A stretch of 61,725 nt of DNA, filler included. It is 6 parts of 6 records of this genome, joined end to end, with 100 filler letters (N's around TTAATTAATTAA, not from the genome) between each part and the next. Parts side by side here need not be neighbours in the genome. Positions count along the whole stretch, not along the records: positions 13,893 to 25,196 come from DRR723986_8339; positions 25,297 to 38,707 come from DRR723986_8343; 4 more parts are not named here. One strand, written 5' to 3'. Below the pieces are notes generated by a model, which was not told the origin of the DNA, did not search any database, and was given only the letters and a program-made list of their open reading frames with translations. This document shows, piece after piece, positions 21,231 to 30,485 of the stretch (its first letter is position 1; every line of letters begins with the position of its first letter). A program made the translations under genes and the position numbers.

Positions 21231-21295
21231 CAACAAAAAACCTCAAAAACCAACATTATTTGCCAGATAACCACATTTGTTGTTGCTTTATGTGT
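21231..21295. promoter_or_regulatory. Putative DeoR operator array
   Basis: CAACA at 21231 and 21251, and CCACA-N5-TGTTG at 21271-21285, in 10-bp register. Confidence 0.5.
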
Positions 21296-21375
21296 TTTTT
21301 CGGGGAGATTAAGAGGAGCTCGTGATGCAGAGACAAAAACGCCGCACCGGGCGCAGACCAGCAAGGAGGCTGACG

Positions 21376-22317
21376 ATGACTACATCTAAACTGACGGCTG
21401 CGGGACTTGCTCTCGCGCTATCGACCGCGGGCGCATTTGCGGACGTTGAATCTTCTGACCCGATCAAACTGACCACACATGACTGGACAGGTCAGATCAT
21501 CACCACAACCCTGATGGGCGAGGTGCTGAAGAAGGCGGGCTATAATGTTGAATATGTGCAGGCCGATTACATCGCGCAATTTGCCGGGTTGAAAACCGGC
21601 GATCTGCACGTGGCTATGGAAATCTGGGAAACCACCGGCAAAGAGGCCATGGACGAAGCGATTGGCACCGGCAACGTGGTCAGCGCAGGCCCAACCGGCA
21701 TGAAGGCCATCGAGGAATGGTGGTATCCGGCCTATATGGAAGAACGCTGCCCCGGATTGCCCGATTGGGAGGCGTTGAACGATTGTGCCAGCGAATTTGC
21801 CACCGCCGAAACCGCGCCAATGGGCCGGTATCTGGGCGGCCCCGTCACATGGGGCGGCTTTGACGAGGAACGTGTCGAAGCGCTTGAGATGGACTTTGAA
21901 GTGGTCCACGCCGGCACCGATGCTGCGCTATTTGCCGAGCTTGAAGCGGCCTATCAGCGTCAGGATCCGATTGTTCTGTGGATCTATTCGCCACATTGGG
22001 CGCCATCGAAATACAAGGGCAGCTTTGTAGAGTTCCCGCCCTATTCGGAAGAATGCTATGCGGATGCTTCTGTGGGGATCAACCCTGACGCGGCCTATGA
22101 CTGCGGCAAGCCGCGCGGCGAGATCTTTAAAGTGGCATGGTCCGGCGTGGCCGACAAATGGCCCGGCGCATCTGAGGCGATCAACGACTTCCACATCACC
22201 AGTGATGAAATGGGGGCCATGGTTGGCGCGGTCGATCTTGACGGCAAAACCGTGGATGCAGTTGTGGCCGAATGGATGGCCAGCAACGAAAGCACATGGC
22301 AGGGTTGGATCAACTAA
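21376..22317 (+). CDS. ABC transporter substrate-binding protein, glycine betaine/TMAO (ProX/TmoX-like) family
   Basis: Signal peptide, AGGAGG RBS, and SSDPI..HDW, WWYP..CPGLPDW.ALNDC, YDCG motifs. Confidence 0.88.
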   Translation: MTTSKLTAAGLALALSTAGAFADVESSDPIKLTTHDWTGQIITTTLMGEVLKKAGYNVEYVQADYIAQFAGLKTGDLHVAMEIWETTGKEAMDEAIGTGNVVSAGPTGMKAIEEWWYPAYMEERCPGLPDWEALNDCASEFATAETAPMGRYLGGPVTWGGFDEERVEALEMDFEVVHAGTDAALFAELEAAYQRQDPIVLWIYSPHWAPSKYKGSFVEFPPYSEECYADASVGINPDAAYDCGKPRGEIFKVAWSGVADKWPGASEAINDFHITSDEMGAMVGAVDLDGKTVDAVVAEWMASNESTWQGWIN

Positions 22318-22332
22318 ACCCGCCTGAAATCT

Positions 22333-22359
22333 TCCGGGGCGGTGTCACATCGCCCCGGA
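22333..22359 (+). terminator. Intercistronic stem-loop after the substrate-binding protein gene
   Basis: TCCGGGGCGGTG-tca-CATCGCCCCGGA, 12-bp stem with one G-U pair. Confidence 0.6.
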
Positions 22360-22396
22360 CCACACGTCCCTTTCTCATGTCACAGGATCACGCCGG

Positions 22397-23425
22397 ATGT
22401 CGCGTAACGTTATGCTGGATTGCTCTAACGTCTGGAAGCTGTATGGCCCGCAGGCCGATGCCTTTCTGACCGCTCACAACGGGGCGCCAAGTGACGCCGA
22501 TCTGGCCAAAGCCAAGATGATCGGCGCGGTGCGCGGTGTGGATGTTCAGATCGAGGACGGCGAGATTTTTGTGATCATGGGCTTGTCCGGCTCTGGCAAA
22601 TCGACGCTGGTGCGTTGTTTGTCACGGCTGGTTGAGCCAACCGCCGGAGCGATCAATTTCGAAGGTCAGGATTTGCTGACCATTTCCGAGGCGGACCTGA
22701 TCGAGATACGCCGCAAGAAGATGGGCATGGTGTTTCAGCATTTTGCCCTGTTGCCGCATCTGACGGTCTTGCAAAATGTCGCATTTCCGCTTGATGTCCA
22801 AGGGGTTGACCGCACCACCCGCGAGGCGCGTGCGCATGAGATGATCGAAACCGTGGGCCTGAAGGGCCGCGAAGATTATTACCCGCGCCAGCTTTCCGGT
22901 GGCCAACAGCAGCGTGTCGGGATTGCCCGGTCCTTGGTGACTGAACCGGACCTTTGGTTTCTCGATGAGCCGTTTTCGGCCCTCGACCCCCTGATCCGCC
23001 GCGAGATGCAGGACGAGTTTTTGCGCCTGCAATCCATGCTGAAGAAAACCATCGTGTTTATCACCCATGACTTTGACGAGGCGATCCGCCTTGCCGACCG
23101 GATTGCGGTGATGAAGGACGGGCGGATCGAACAGACCGCCACCCCTGAGGAATTGATGACCAACCCCGCAACGCCCTATGTGGCGGAGTTCACGCGCCAT
23201 GTGAACAGATCCAAAGTGGTCAAGTTACGCTCCATCGCTGTGCCGGTTGATCCCGATGCCACCTATGCCGGCGATCTCCCCGCCCGCATGACCGTGGCCG
23301 AAGCGATGGAGCAAATAGACGCCGCCGCCCACCCATTCAAAGTGGTTGAGGCAGGCGGCGAAGTGATCGGCGCGGTGGATGCCCAGACCGCGATCGCGGT
23401 GATGATCGGGCGCAGTACCAAATGA
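22397..23425 (+). CDS. Betaine/proline/choline-family ABC transporter ATP-binding protein (ProV-like)
   Basis: GLSGSGKS Walker A, LSGGQQQRV signature, DEPFSALDPLIR. Confidence 0.93.
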   Translation: MSRNVMLDCSNVWKLYGPQADAFLTAHNGAPSDADLAKAKMIGAVRGVDVQIEDGEIFVIMGLSGSGKSTLVRCLSRLVEPTAGAINFEGQDLLTISEADLIEIRRKKMGMVFQHFALLPHLTVLQNVAFPLDVQGVDRTTREARAHEMIETVGLKGREDYYPRQLSGGQQQRVGIARSLVTEPDLWFLDEPFSALDPLIRREMQDEFLRLQSMLKKTIVFITHDFDEAIRLADRIAVMKDGRIEQTATPEELMTNPATPYVAEFTRHVNRSKVVKLRSIAVPVDPDATYAGDLPARMTVAEAMEQIDAAAHPFKVVEAGGEVIGAVDAQTAIAVMIGRSTK

Positions 23426-25196
23426 CGGATCAAGTGGCAGATCATCCCACACCTAAGGGCGGCAAGGCGCGGTGGCTGACCGGTGGTCGCTTGTTCTGGC
23501 TGATCCTGCTGGCGGTCACCTGGGCGGCATCAACCTGGTCTTTTGCGCTTTATAAAGCGTTGGATGCCCGCTGGATCGTGCGGTTTCCCAAGGCTTATCA
23601 AATTCCAGTGGATGACTGGCTGTCGGATTTCACCAAATGGCTGGTTGAGGATCTCAGCTTTGGCTGGTTCACCTTTCGCGATGTCACGCGGTTTATCGCT
23701 AGTCTGATTGAGGCGCCCTATGATCTGGTGCGGTCGCTGCTATTGGATGGATTTGCCCAAGGGCAAGGTCAACAGGCGGTCGAGATTGTGCCAGCGCTGA
23801 GCTGGATCGCGATCATCTTTGTTTTTGTGGCCTTGGCCAAATACGCGCGCGGTTGGAAGCTGGCCGCGCTGGTCGGCACCTGTTTTGCCTATCTCGCGAT
23901 CTTTGGCCAATGGGCCAGCGCAATGGTCACGCTGGCCTCGGTTTTGATTGCGGTGCCCATCGGGGCGATCGGCGGTCTGCTGCTGGGCATCGCCGCCTAT
24001 CGGTCGGTGCGGGTGGAACGGCTGATGCGGCCGGTTCTGGACTTGATGCAAACCGTGCCGGTCTTTGCCTATCTGGTGCCGATCCTTGTTCTGTTCGGCT
24101 TTGGTCCGGTGGCCGCGCTGATTGCGACGGTGATCTATGCCATGCCGCCGATGGTGCGCAACACCACAGTGGCGTTGCAATCGGTGCCCGAGCAATTGAT
24201 CGAAGCGGGCAAAATGATGGGCTGCAAACGCCGCCAGTTGATGTGGAAGGTCATGGTGCCTGCCGCGCTGCCCTCGATCATGGTCGGCGTCAATCAGGTG
24301 ATCATGCTGACCCTGAACATGGTGATCATCGCCTCGATGATCGGGGCAGGCGGGCTGGGCTATGACGTGCTGACTTCTCTGCGCCGGTTGGACATTGGCG
24401 GCGGGGTTGAGGCCGGATTTGCCATTGTGGTCATGGCCATCGCGCTGGACCGGCTCAGCCAGGCGTTCGCCGAACGCCAGTTGCGTCCGCAGCCGGATCT
24501 GAGCCTGCCGCTGCCCAAACGTTACCCTTGGGTGACGGCCACGGTTGTGATCATTGTCTGTGCCACGCTGGCCAGCCTGTTCATTCCGTTCTTTCGTGTC
24601 TATCCGTCGGAATTGGCGCTGACGACCGGCTCGATCTGGGAAAGCACAATCGCATGGATCAATATCAATTTCTTTGATGCCATCGACGCGGTGAAAACCT
24701 TTCTGCTGACCTGGCTTTTGTTGCCGGTGAAACAGTTCTTTGGCGGCATTCCGTGGCCTGTTGGCATCGTGGTGACCGGCCTTGCCGCAGGGCGTGCGGG
24801 TGGCTGGCGTCTGGGGCTTTTGGCGGCGGCGATGATGACATTTATCGCGGCGACAGGGCTGTGGAACAAGGCGATGATCACCATCTACCTGACCTCCGTT
24901 GCCGTCCTGCTGGCCAGCGTTATCGGCATTCCCCTGGGCATCTGGGCGGGCCAGAATGCGCGGGCCAACTCGGTCATCGGGGCGATCATCGACACCCTGC
25001 AAACCCTGCCCAGTTTTGTCTACCTGATCCCGGTGATCATGTTGTTCCGGGTCGGCGATTTTTCCGCGCTCATTGCCATTGTCCTATATGCGCTGGCCCC
25101 CGCTGTGCGCTACGCCGCCCATGGCATCCGCAGCATTGACCCCGAACTGATCGAGGCGGGCAAGGTTGCCGGTTGCACCAATTGGCAATTGCTGCG
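23422..25196 (+). CDS. Fused double-domain ABC permease (ProW-like), 3'-truncated
   Basis: Two ProW-type TM domains (DLMQTVPVFAYL and DTLQTLPSFVYL) with EAA loops. Confidence 0.92.
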
Positions 25197-25296
25197 NNNN
25201 NNNNNNNNNNNNNNNNNNNNNNNNNNNNNNNNNNNNNNNNTTAATTAATTAANNNNNNNNNNNNNNNNNNNNNNNNNNNNNNNNNNNNNNNNNNNN
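25197..25296. other. Artificial contig spacer
   Basis: 44 N + TTAATTAATTAA + 44 N. Confidence 0.99.
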
Positions 25297-25413
25297 GGCG
25301 GTCTGCTTGGCGGAGACGGCGGCGGTCTGACCGACGGCTTGCTGGGCGACGAAGGCCTCGTAGGCGGTCTGCTCGGTGGCCTGACGAACACCGGTCCCGA
25401 AGACTTCGGCTGA
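25297..25413 (+). CDS. C-terminus of a Gly/Leu-rich repeat protein (5'-truncated, not in the ORF track)
   Basis: Translates to GGLLGGDGGGLTDGLLGDEGLVGGLLGGLTNTGPEDFG*. The repeats are clearer in protein than in DNA. Confidence 0.6.
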   Translation, partial: GGLLGGDGGGLTDGLLGDEGLVGGLLGGLTNTGPEDFG

Positions 25414-25540
25414 TCCACTCACGGACAAGGGACCCCTACCTGCCCCGAACCCCCCAGGCGGGGCAGGTCTCCGGACAGGGCGATACCATCCGCCCTGTCC
25501 GGGATTAACCAAGACGAACCAGAGATTAGAGGAGCCGGAC

Positions 25541-26533
25541 ATGAGAATTCTCGCAGTAGACGACAGTCCCATTTCCCGAGACCTGTTGCCCGTTTTGTTC
25601 TCCAGTTCCGGTTTTCCACCGCTTCACGTCGCCGAAAGCGGCAGCGCCGCCTTGGCGATCCTCGGCAAGAGCGAGCCGCAGTTCGACTGTCTCATCCTCG
25701 ATATCGAAATGCCCGGCATGGACGGGATCGAGCTGTGCTCCCGCATCCGGCAACTCGCCCGGTATCGCGAGACCCCGATCATCATGCTGACGGCGCGGGA
25801 CGATGCCGAGACCATCGAGACCGCCTTTGCCGCGGGCGCCAATGACTACATCCTGAAAAGCACGGCCGCCCGGGAACTGGTCGGGCGGGTGTACGTCGCC
25901 CAACGCATGTTGCAGCGCAACGAGTGCAAGATCCTTCCGCACGCCGAACCCGGCAAGACCGAAGGGATGCGCTTTGCACGCAGCGGCAAGCACAGCTTCG
26001 CGCTGGCCGACAGCCTGCTGATCGAGGGCGTGGACCGACTGGTCATGCCGTTCTCGCTTGGCAACTATCTGACCCAGTTGCCCACGTCGGCGCTGCCCGC
26101 CGCGCGGATCTTCGGTGTGCAGATCGAGGACCCGATCCGGCATTACCACGACAACACGACCCGGGATTTCGCGACCATCCTTGCCCGGGTGGCCAACGGC
26201 ATCCGCGCGACGGTCGACACCGAGCGGCTGCTGATGTCCTATCTCGGCGGCGGGGCGTTCTATTGCATCGCCCGCGACATCGCCGGAGAGCAATCCTCCG
26301 ATCTCGAGGCGGGCATCAACCGCTATCTCGACACCTGCGCCTCTGCCAGCGTGCTCGCGGCCCTTCAGTCGGTCAGCGTTTGCGTCGGCGCGCTGGTGGT
26401 GCCAAGCGCCCGGCGCGGGCAGCGGGTGCGTCTGTCATTCGATCGCGTGAAAGAGCGGATGGAGGCCCGTGCCCGGGCGGAAACGACATTCCACACGCAT
26501 GCAGCGGAACGGGAGAGAGCCACATGGCAGTGA
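25541..26533 (+). CDS. Response regulator (REC) with degenerate GGDEF-like C-terminal domain
   Basis: RILAVDD, LDIEMPGMDG, TA and K receiver motifs. YLGGGAF sits where GGDEF would be. GAGGAG RBS. Confidence 0.85.
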   Translation: MRILAVDDSPISRDLLPVLFSSSGFPPLHVAESGSAALAILGKSEPQFDCLILDIEMPGMDGIELCSRIRQLARYRETPIIMLTARDDAETIETAFAAGANDYILKSTAARELVGRVYVAQRMLQRNECKILPHAEPGKTEGMRFARSGKHSFALADSLLIEGVDRLVMPFSLGNYLTQLPTSALPAARIFGVQIEDPIRHYHDNTTRDFATILARVANGIRATVDTERLLMSYLGGGAFYCIARDIAGEQSSDLEAGINRYLDTCASASVLAALQSVSVCVGALVVPSARRGQRVRLSFDRVKERMEARARAETTFHTHAAERERATWQ

Positions 26534-26730
26534 TTTGCTTTGTCGTCAGCAGTTTCGTTTCCATGATCGTCGCGGTGCTTTGTTATGCCTTTACCAGTCT
26601 GGGCCTTCTGGATGCGGCGATGATCTACCTCGGCGGGGGCATCGTCCTTGGCACGGCGCTCAGCCTGATCGGCCACGGGTTGGTCGGCAGGATGCCCTAC
26701 CCGGGCGCCTTGGCCTCGGACCATTCGTAA
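26524..26730 (+). CDS. Small 68-aa two-TM membrane protein
   Basis: MAVICFVVSSFVSMIVAVLCYAF... with two hydrophobic helices. GGAGAG RBS. Overlaps the end of the response regulator. Confidence 0.6.
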   Translation: MAVICFVVSSFVSMIVAVLCYAFTSLGLLDAAMIYLGGGIVLGTALSLIGHGLVGRMPYPGALASDHS

Positions 26731-27406
26731 CCGTCCCGCCCTGACATAGGGCAGCTACGTATCGCGGACGGGCGAGGGCGGTCCCGGGGTACTGGCCGCT
26801 TCGGCGCCGGTCGGTCGGGAGCGGATCGGGGTGATGCCGGTATGGCGTCATCCTGTTTTGTGCGGTCGCGACCTCGCCCGCTGCGCCCGGAGGCGCGTGG
26901 TCGCCCGCCACCTTCCCCGTTTTCGACAGAGCGTTTGCACCGTGGTCGGCTTCGGTGACGGGGCGGCCCGTCTTCCGGTTGCCATGGTCGCGCGGTCCAT
27001 CGCGCAGGGGCGTCCGGCGTAACGCCCGGGATCACCGTGGACGCCTTTTGCAATTGTCTGGCGTGGTGCCCGGTCGGTCTTTCCGGCGATGCAATCCTGC
27101 ACCCCCTGACGGTCCTGCGGATCGCGCCGCGAGAGCCGTGAGCCTGCGGGCCGATGAGGCCACCGCGGATGCCGCCTGTTCGGCCCCGCCTAGGCACCGC
27201 GATTGCTTCAGTTTTCGAAAGACTCCCTTGCCGAAGGCAGGCATTCCTTCGATCTGCGCAGGGTATAGGTTTCGGCCATCGCCCGCGACGACCCTGATCC
27301 TGTCCAGCCCATTTGAAGCGGGACAGGGGGCGTCGCCTTACCATCACGGGGGCGCCGCTCTGGCCCGCGCCGCCGGACGGGCGCCCGAACCGAAAGGAAT
27401 TCGCCA

Positions 27407-28273
27407 ATGACCACCGTGTCTTACCGCACGCAAGCCGTCGGAGACGTGGACGTCTTCTACCGCGAAGCCGGACCTGCGACCGCGCCCGTCCTGTTGCTGC
27501 TGCACGGGTTTCCCTCTGCCAGCCACATGTTCCGCGACCTGATCCCGCAGCTTGCCGACCGCTACCGCGTCATCGCGCCGGATCTGCCGGGATTTGGACA
27601 GACCCGCGCGCCCGACCGGGGGAACTTCCCCTACGGCTTCGACACCCTTGCGACGGTGATCGACCATTTCACCGAGGCGCTCGGACTGGATCGCTTCGCG
27701 CTCTATGTCTTCGACTACGGCGCACCCGTGGGCCTGCGGATCGCCATGCAGCACCCCGAGCGCATCACCGCCATCATCTCGCAGAACGGCAATGCCTATA
27801 CCGAGGGCTTCAGCGACGGATGGGGCGATTGGGAGCGGTACTGGATCGACCCCACCGAGCAAAATCGCGAGGCCTGTCGCGCGTCCCTGTCGCCCGAGAC
27901 GATCCGCGACTGGCAATACGGGACCGGCGCCGATCCCACGCGGTTGTCCCCCGACGGCTATACGCTGGACATCGCGTACATGGCCCGGCCCGGCGCCGAG
28001 GACATCCAGCTCGACCTGATCCTGGACTATCGCGGGAACGTCGCGCTCTACCCGGATTTTCAGGCCTATTTCCGGAACCACCAGCCGCCGTTTCTGGCGG
28101 TCTGGGGCAGGCACGATCCGGCCTTCATTCCGCCGGGCGCCGAAGCCTACGCCCGGGACCTGCCCAAGGCCGAGATCCACCTGATCGACGCGGGCCATTT
28201 CGCGCTCGAGACCCATCACGAAGAGATTGCGGGCTATATCCGCGATTTCCTTGGCCGGGTCCTCGCGCGCTGA
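27407..28273 (+). CDS. Alpha/beta fold hydrolase (epoxide hydrolase/dehalogenase-like)
   Basis: LLHGFPS, APDLPGFG, FDYG nucleophile, AGHFALE. AAGGA RBS. Confidence 0.92.
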   Translation: MTTVSYRTQAVGDVDVFYREAGPATAPVLLLLHGFPSASHMFRDLIPQLADRYRVIAPDLPGFGQTRAPDRGNFPYGFDTLATVIDHFTEALGLDRFALYVFDYGAPVGLRIAMQHPERITAIISQNGNAYTEGFSDGWGDWERYWIDPTEQNREACRASLSPETIRDWQYGTGADPTRLSPDGYTLDIAYMARPGAEDIQLDLILDYRGNVALYPDFQAYFRNHQPPFLAVWGRHDPAFIPPGAEAYARDLPKAEIHLIDAGHFALETHHEEIAGYIRDFLGRVLAR

Positions 28274-28303
28274 ATTAAGGCCACTACGCCAATACCGATG
28301 CGG

Positions 28304-28333
28304 ACGGCCCTCGCTCTTGATTGCGAGGGCCGT
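28304..28333. terminator. Stem-loop between convergent genes
   Basis: ACGGCCCTCGC-N8-GCGAGGGCCGT, perfect 11-bp stem. Confidence 0.6.
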
Positions 28334-28504
28334 GACGGACTCTCAGGGCGCGAAAGACTGGTCGGGTGACGGGATATGCGCCCGCACACCGGAAGTCACC
28401 GTCTGATACCGTCAGGCCGCCCGTCTCGCTGAATCACATGACCCTCGCAAAAGCGCGCCGGGCGCTCGAGCCATTTGCGGGCGCCGCGCTCTCCGTCGGA
28501 AATG

Positions 28505-29227
28505 TCAGCGGCCAAGCAGCCTTTTCAGGCGGCTGTCCGCATGGGGATCGCAATAGTGGAAGATGGCGGTCGAGCGGATCCTTTCGACGTCGCAGGCCTC
28601 GTTGGTGTGGATCGTCCGGTAGCCCCAGAACAGATACGCATTGCCCGGCTTCAAATCCACGAACCGCATCCGTGCGCTGTTGTGACCATGGAGAATGCGA
28701 AGACGCCGTTGCGCGGATTTGTTGTCGAGCAGGAGCTTGTCGAGCAGGTTCCGCATGTAGCTCTTGCGCAGCCTGCGCGTGTTCGGCAGCAGCACCAACC
28801 GGCCCGTCCGTCCCTCGGTGGGGATCATGATCGGGAAGATGACGGTCAGGACGTATGTGTCGTAATGAAAGACCATCGAATGGTCTTGCCCCGATTCGCC
28901 CGACAGACAGCGCAGCGAGGGGATGAGGTCCGACTCCCCGGGCGCGGTGCCCAAGGCCGACGTGGTGATGTCGCGGCAGAGATTCCTGAAGCCGGGGCTG
29001 CTCGACAAAGCCGATACGAAAGTCTCGGAGAAATCCTTCAGATCGAAGACCGCGACGCTTTCATCGTTGTTCAGGTGGACGGCGCGTTTCACAGCCGCCC
29101 GCGCAATGGCGATGTCCGGGGCAGGGATGCAGTCGTCGATGACGCAGAGCCCCGTCTTTTCGAGGTCGGCCACGATGTTATCGACGTCCAGTCCAGCGGC
29201 AATTGGAAAAGAAAAGGGCTTGTTCAA
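28505..29227 (-). CDS. Hypothetical protein with predicted 2OG-Fe(II) oxygenase fold
   Basis: FHYDT (HxD), GRLVL, LKPGNAYLFWGYRTIH (distal His), RSTAIFHY. Start uncertain: TTG 29227 follows AGGAAGG, and the ORF is open to 29284. Confidence 0.6.
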   Translation of the reverse strand: MNKPFSFPIAAGLDVDNIVADLEKTGLCVIDDCIPAPDIAIARAAVKRAVHLNNDESVAVFDLKDFSETFVSALSSSPGFRNLCRDITTSALGTAPGESDLIPSLRCLSGESGQDHSMVFHYDTYVLTVIFPIMIPTEGRTGRLVLLPNTRRLRKSYMRNLLDKLLLDNKSAQRRLRILHGHNSARMRFVDLKPGNAYLFWGYRTIHTNEACDVERIRSTAIFHYCDPHADSRLKRLLGR

Positions 29228-29360
29228 TGGTTTCACCTTCCTGTCCAATTCGTAGCAGACTAGCCTTGTGCAGGTGGGCCGCACTAACGTGGATCAGGCC
29301 GATTGCAGTAAACCGGCGGCGCGCCATTCGGCCTTTGGACCTGCGGGAAACTCGGTGGTC

Positions 29361-30113
29361 TCACGTCGAGATCGGCAGGTCGACGTCATGCCGGGGGCCG
29401 GCGTAATCGAGATAGCCCATGTCGAAGTCGGCGATGCGCACCAGATGGTCGAAGCCGTCGAATGTGACCTTGCCGCTGCGAAACGTCAAAAGGCCCTCTT
29501 CGCGCAACTGGCGCAGGACGCGGTTGACATGAACGGCGCTGAGACCGAGGGCATCGGCCAGATGGTATTGCGACAGGGGGCAATCGAACCCCGCCTTGGT
29601 GGCCATCCCCACCATTTTCAGCCGCATATCCATTTCCAGAAAGAAATGAGCCGTCCGCTCCAACGCGTCGCGGCGGCCGAGGCTGACCAGCCGCTCTTCG
29701 ACGATGGCTTCGTCGGATGAAACGGCGCAGAGGATCGCCGTCGCAAGGCGCGGAAAGGCCGCGAATGTTCCAGCCAGATCCACGGCCCGCAACACCGATG
29801 CCCTGATTTCCGTGACGGGTTCGATGCAGTGGTTGGCGGTCTTCAACAGGACGTTGTGCAGTCCGAGAAAATCTCCGGGGATATGAAAATCGACGATCTG
29901 CCGTCCGCCATTGCGCAGCGCCTTGTAGGAGCAGACCCAACCCTTGGACAAAACGTAGGCCGGCGGCTGGCTTTGTCCCTCGTGGACGAGGTCGGTGCCC
30001 ATGGCGAAGCGTCGTTGATGTCGTTGAAACGCGGCGAGCACGGAGAGGTCGTCTTCGGATAGTTCCACGTAGGCGCTGAGTCTTCGAGCCAGGGGCGTGC
30101 TTTGGATTGTCAT
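29361..30113 (-). CDS. Crp/Fnr-family transcriptional regulator
   Basis: GRQIVDFHIPGDFLG cNMP-type domain and LADALGLSAVHVNRVL HTH. Confidence 0.92.
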   Translation of the reverse strand: MTIQSTPLARRLSAYVELSEDDLSVLAAFQRHQRRFAMGTDLVHEGQSQPPAYVLSKGWVCSYKALRNGGRQIVDFHIPGDFLGLHNVLLKTANHCIEPVTEIRASVLRAVDLAGTFAAFPRLATAILCAVSSDEAIVEERLVSLGRRDALERTAHFFLEMDMRLKMVGMATKAGFDCPLSQYHLADALGLSAVHVNRVLRQLREEGLLTFRSGKVTFDGFDHLVRIADFDMGYLDYAGPRHDVDLPIST

Positions 30114-30485
30114 TTTTTTTCAAAGCCTTTTTGCATCCGAAAAGGATGAGTATCATTAACCAATATTAACGCGTTTACCCGATAATTTCTCTTTTGCCGC
30201 TGATGCAGGTTAGTGCGCCCTGCTTTGACGCTGTCTGCGGCGCGGTTCGACGGGTGTCACAGTCGGGCGCTTTGGCGCGCGTTTCCCTTTGCGAAAGCGT
30301 CCTGCCGGGCTCCGTCGACCAGCGTGTCGGGCTTCGCCGCGTCCGCGCTGCAAACCGTCGAGGGGGCAAAACCAGGGGCTGCCGGCGAACGAACTGCGCA
30401 AGCCCTTGTGCCCGTGCAGGGGCTTCGGGGCGCGGAGATCAAGGATTTCGGTGCGTCCCCTGCGTCGGCTGTTGCCCGCCGCGCT

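Noticed and set aside
26731-27406. Roughly 680-nt gap with several 60-236 aa ORFs
   Set aside because: No ORF shows motifs, a convincing RBS or protein-like composition, and no repeat array or RNA family was recognisable.
30156-30170. TTAA-N6-TTAAC upstream of the Crp/Fnr gene as a CtrA box
   Set aside because: The canonical spacer is N7, so this cannot be supported without conservation data.
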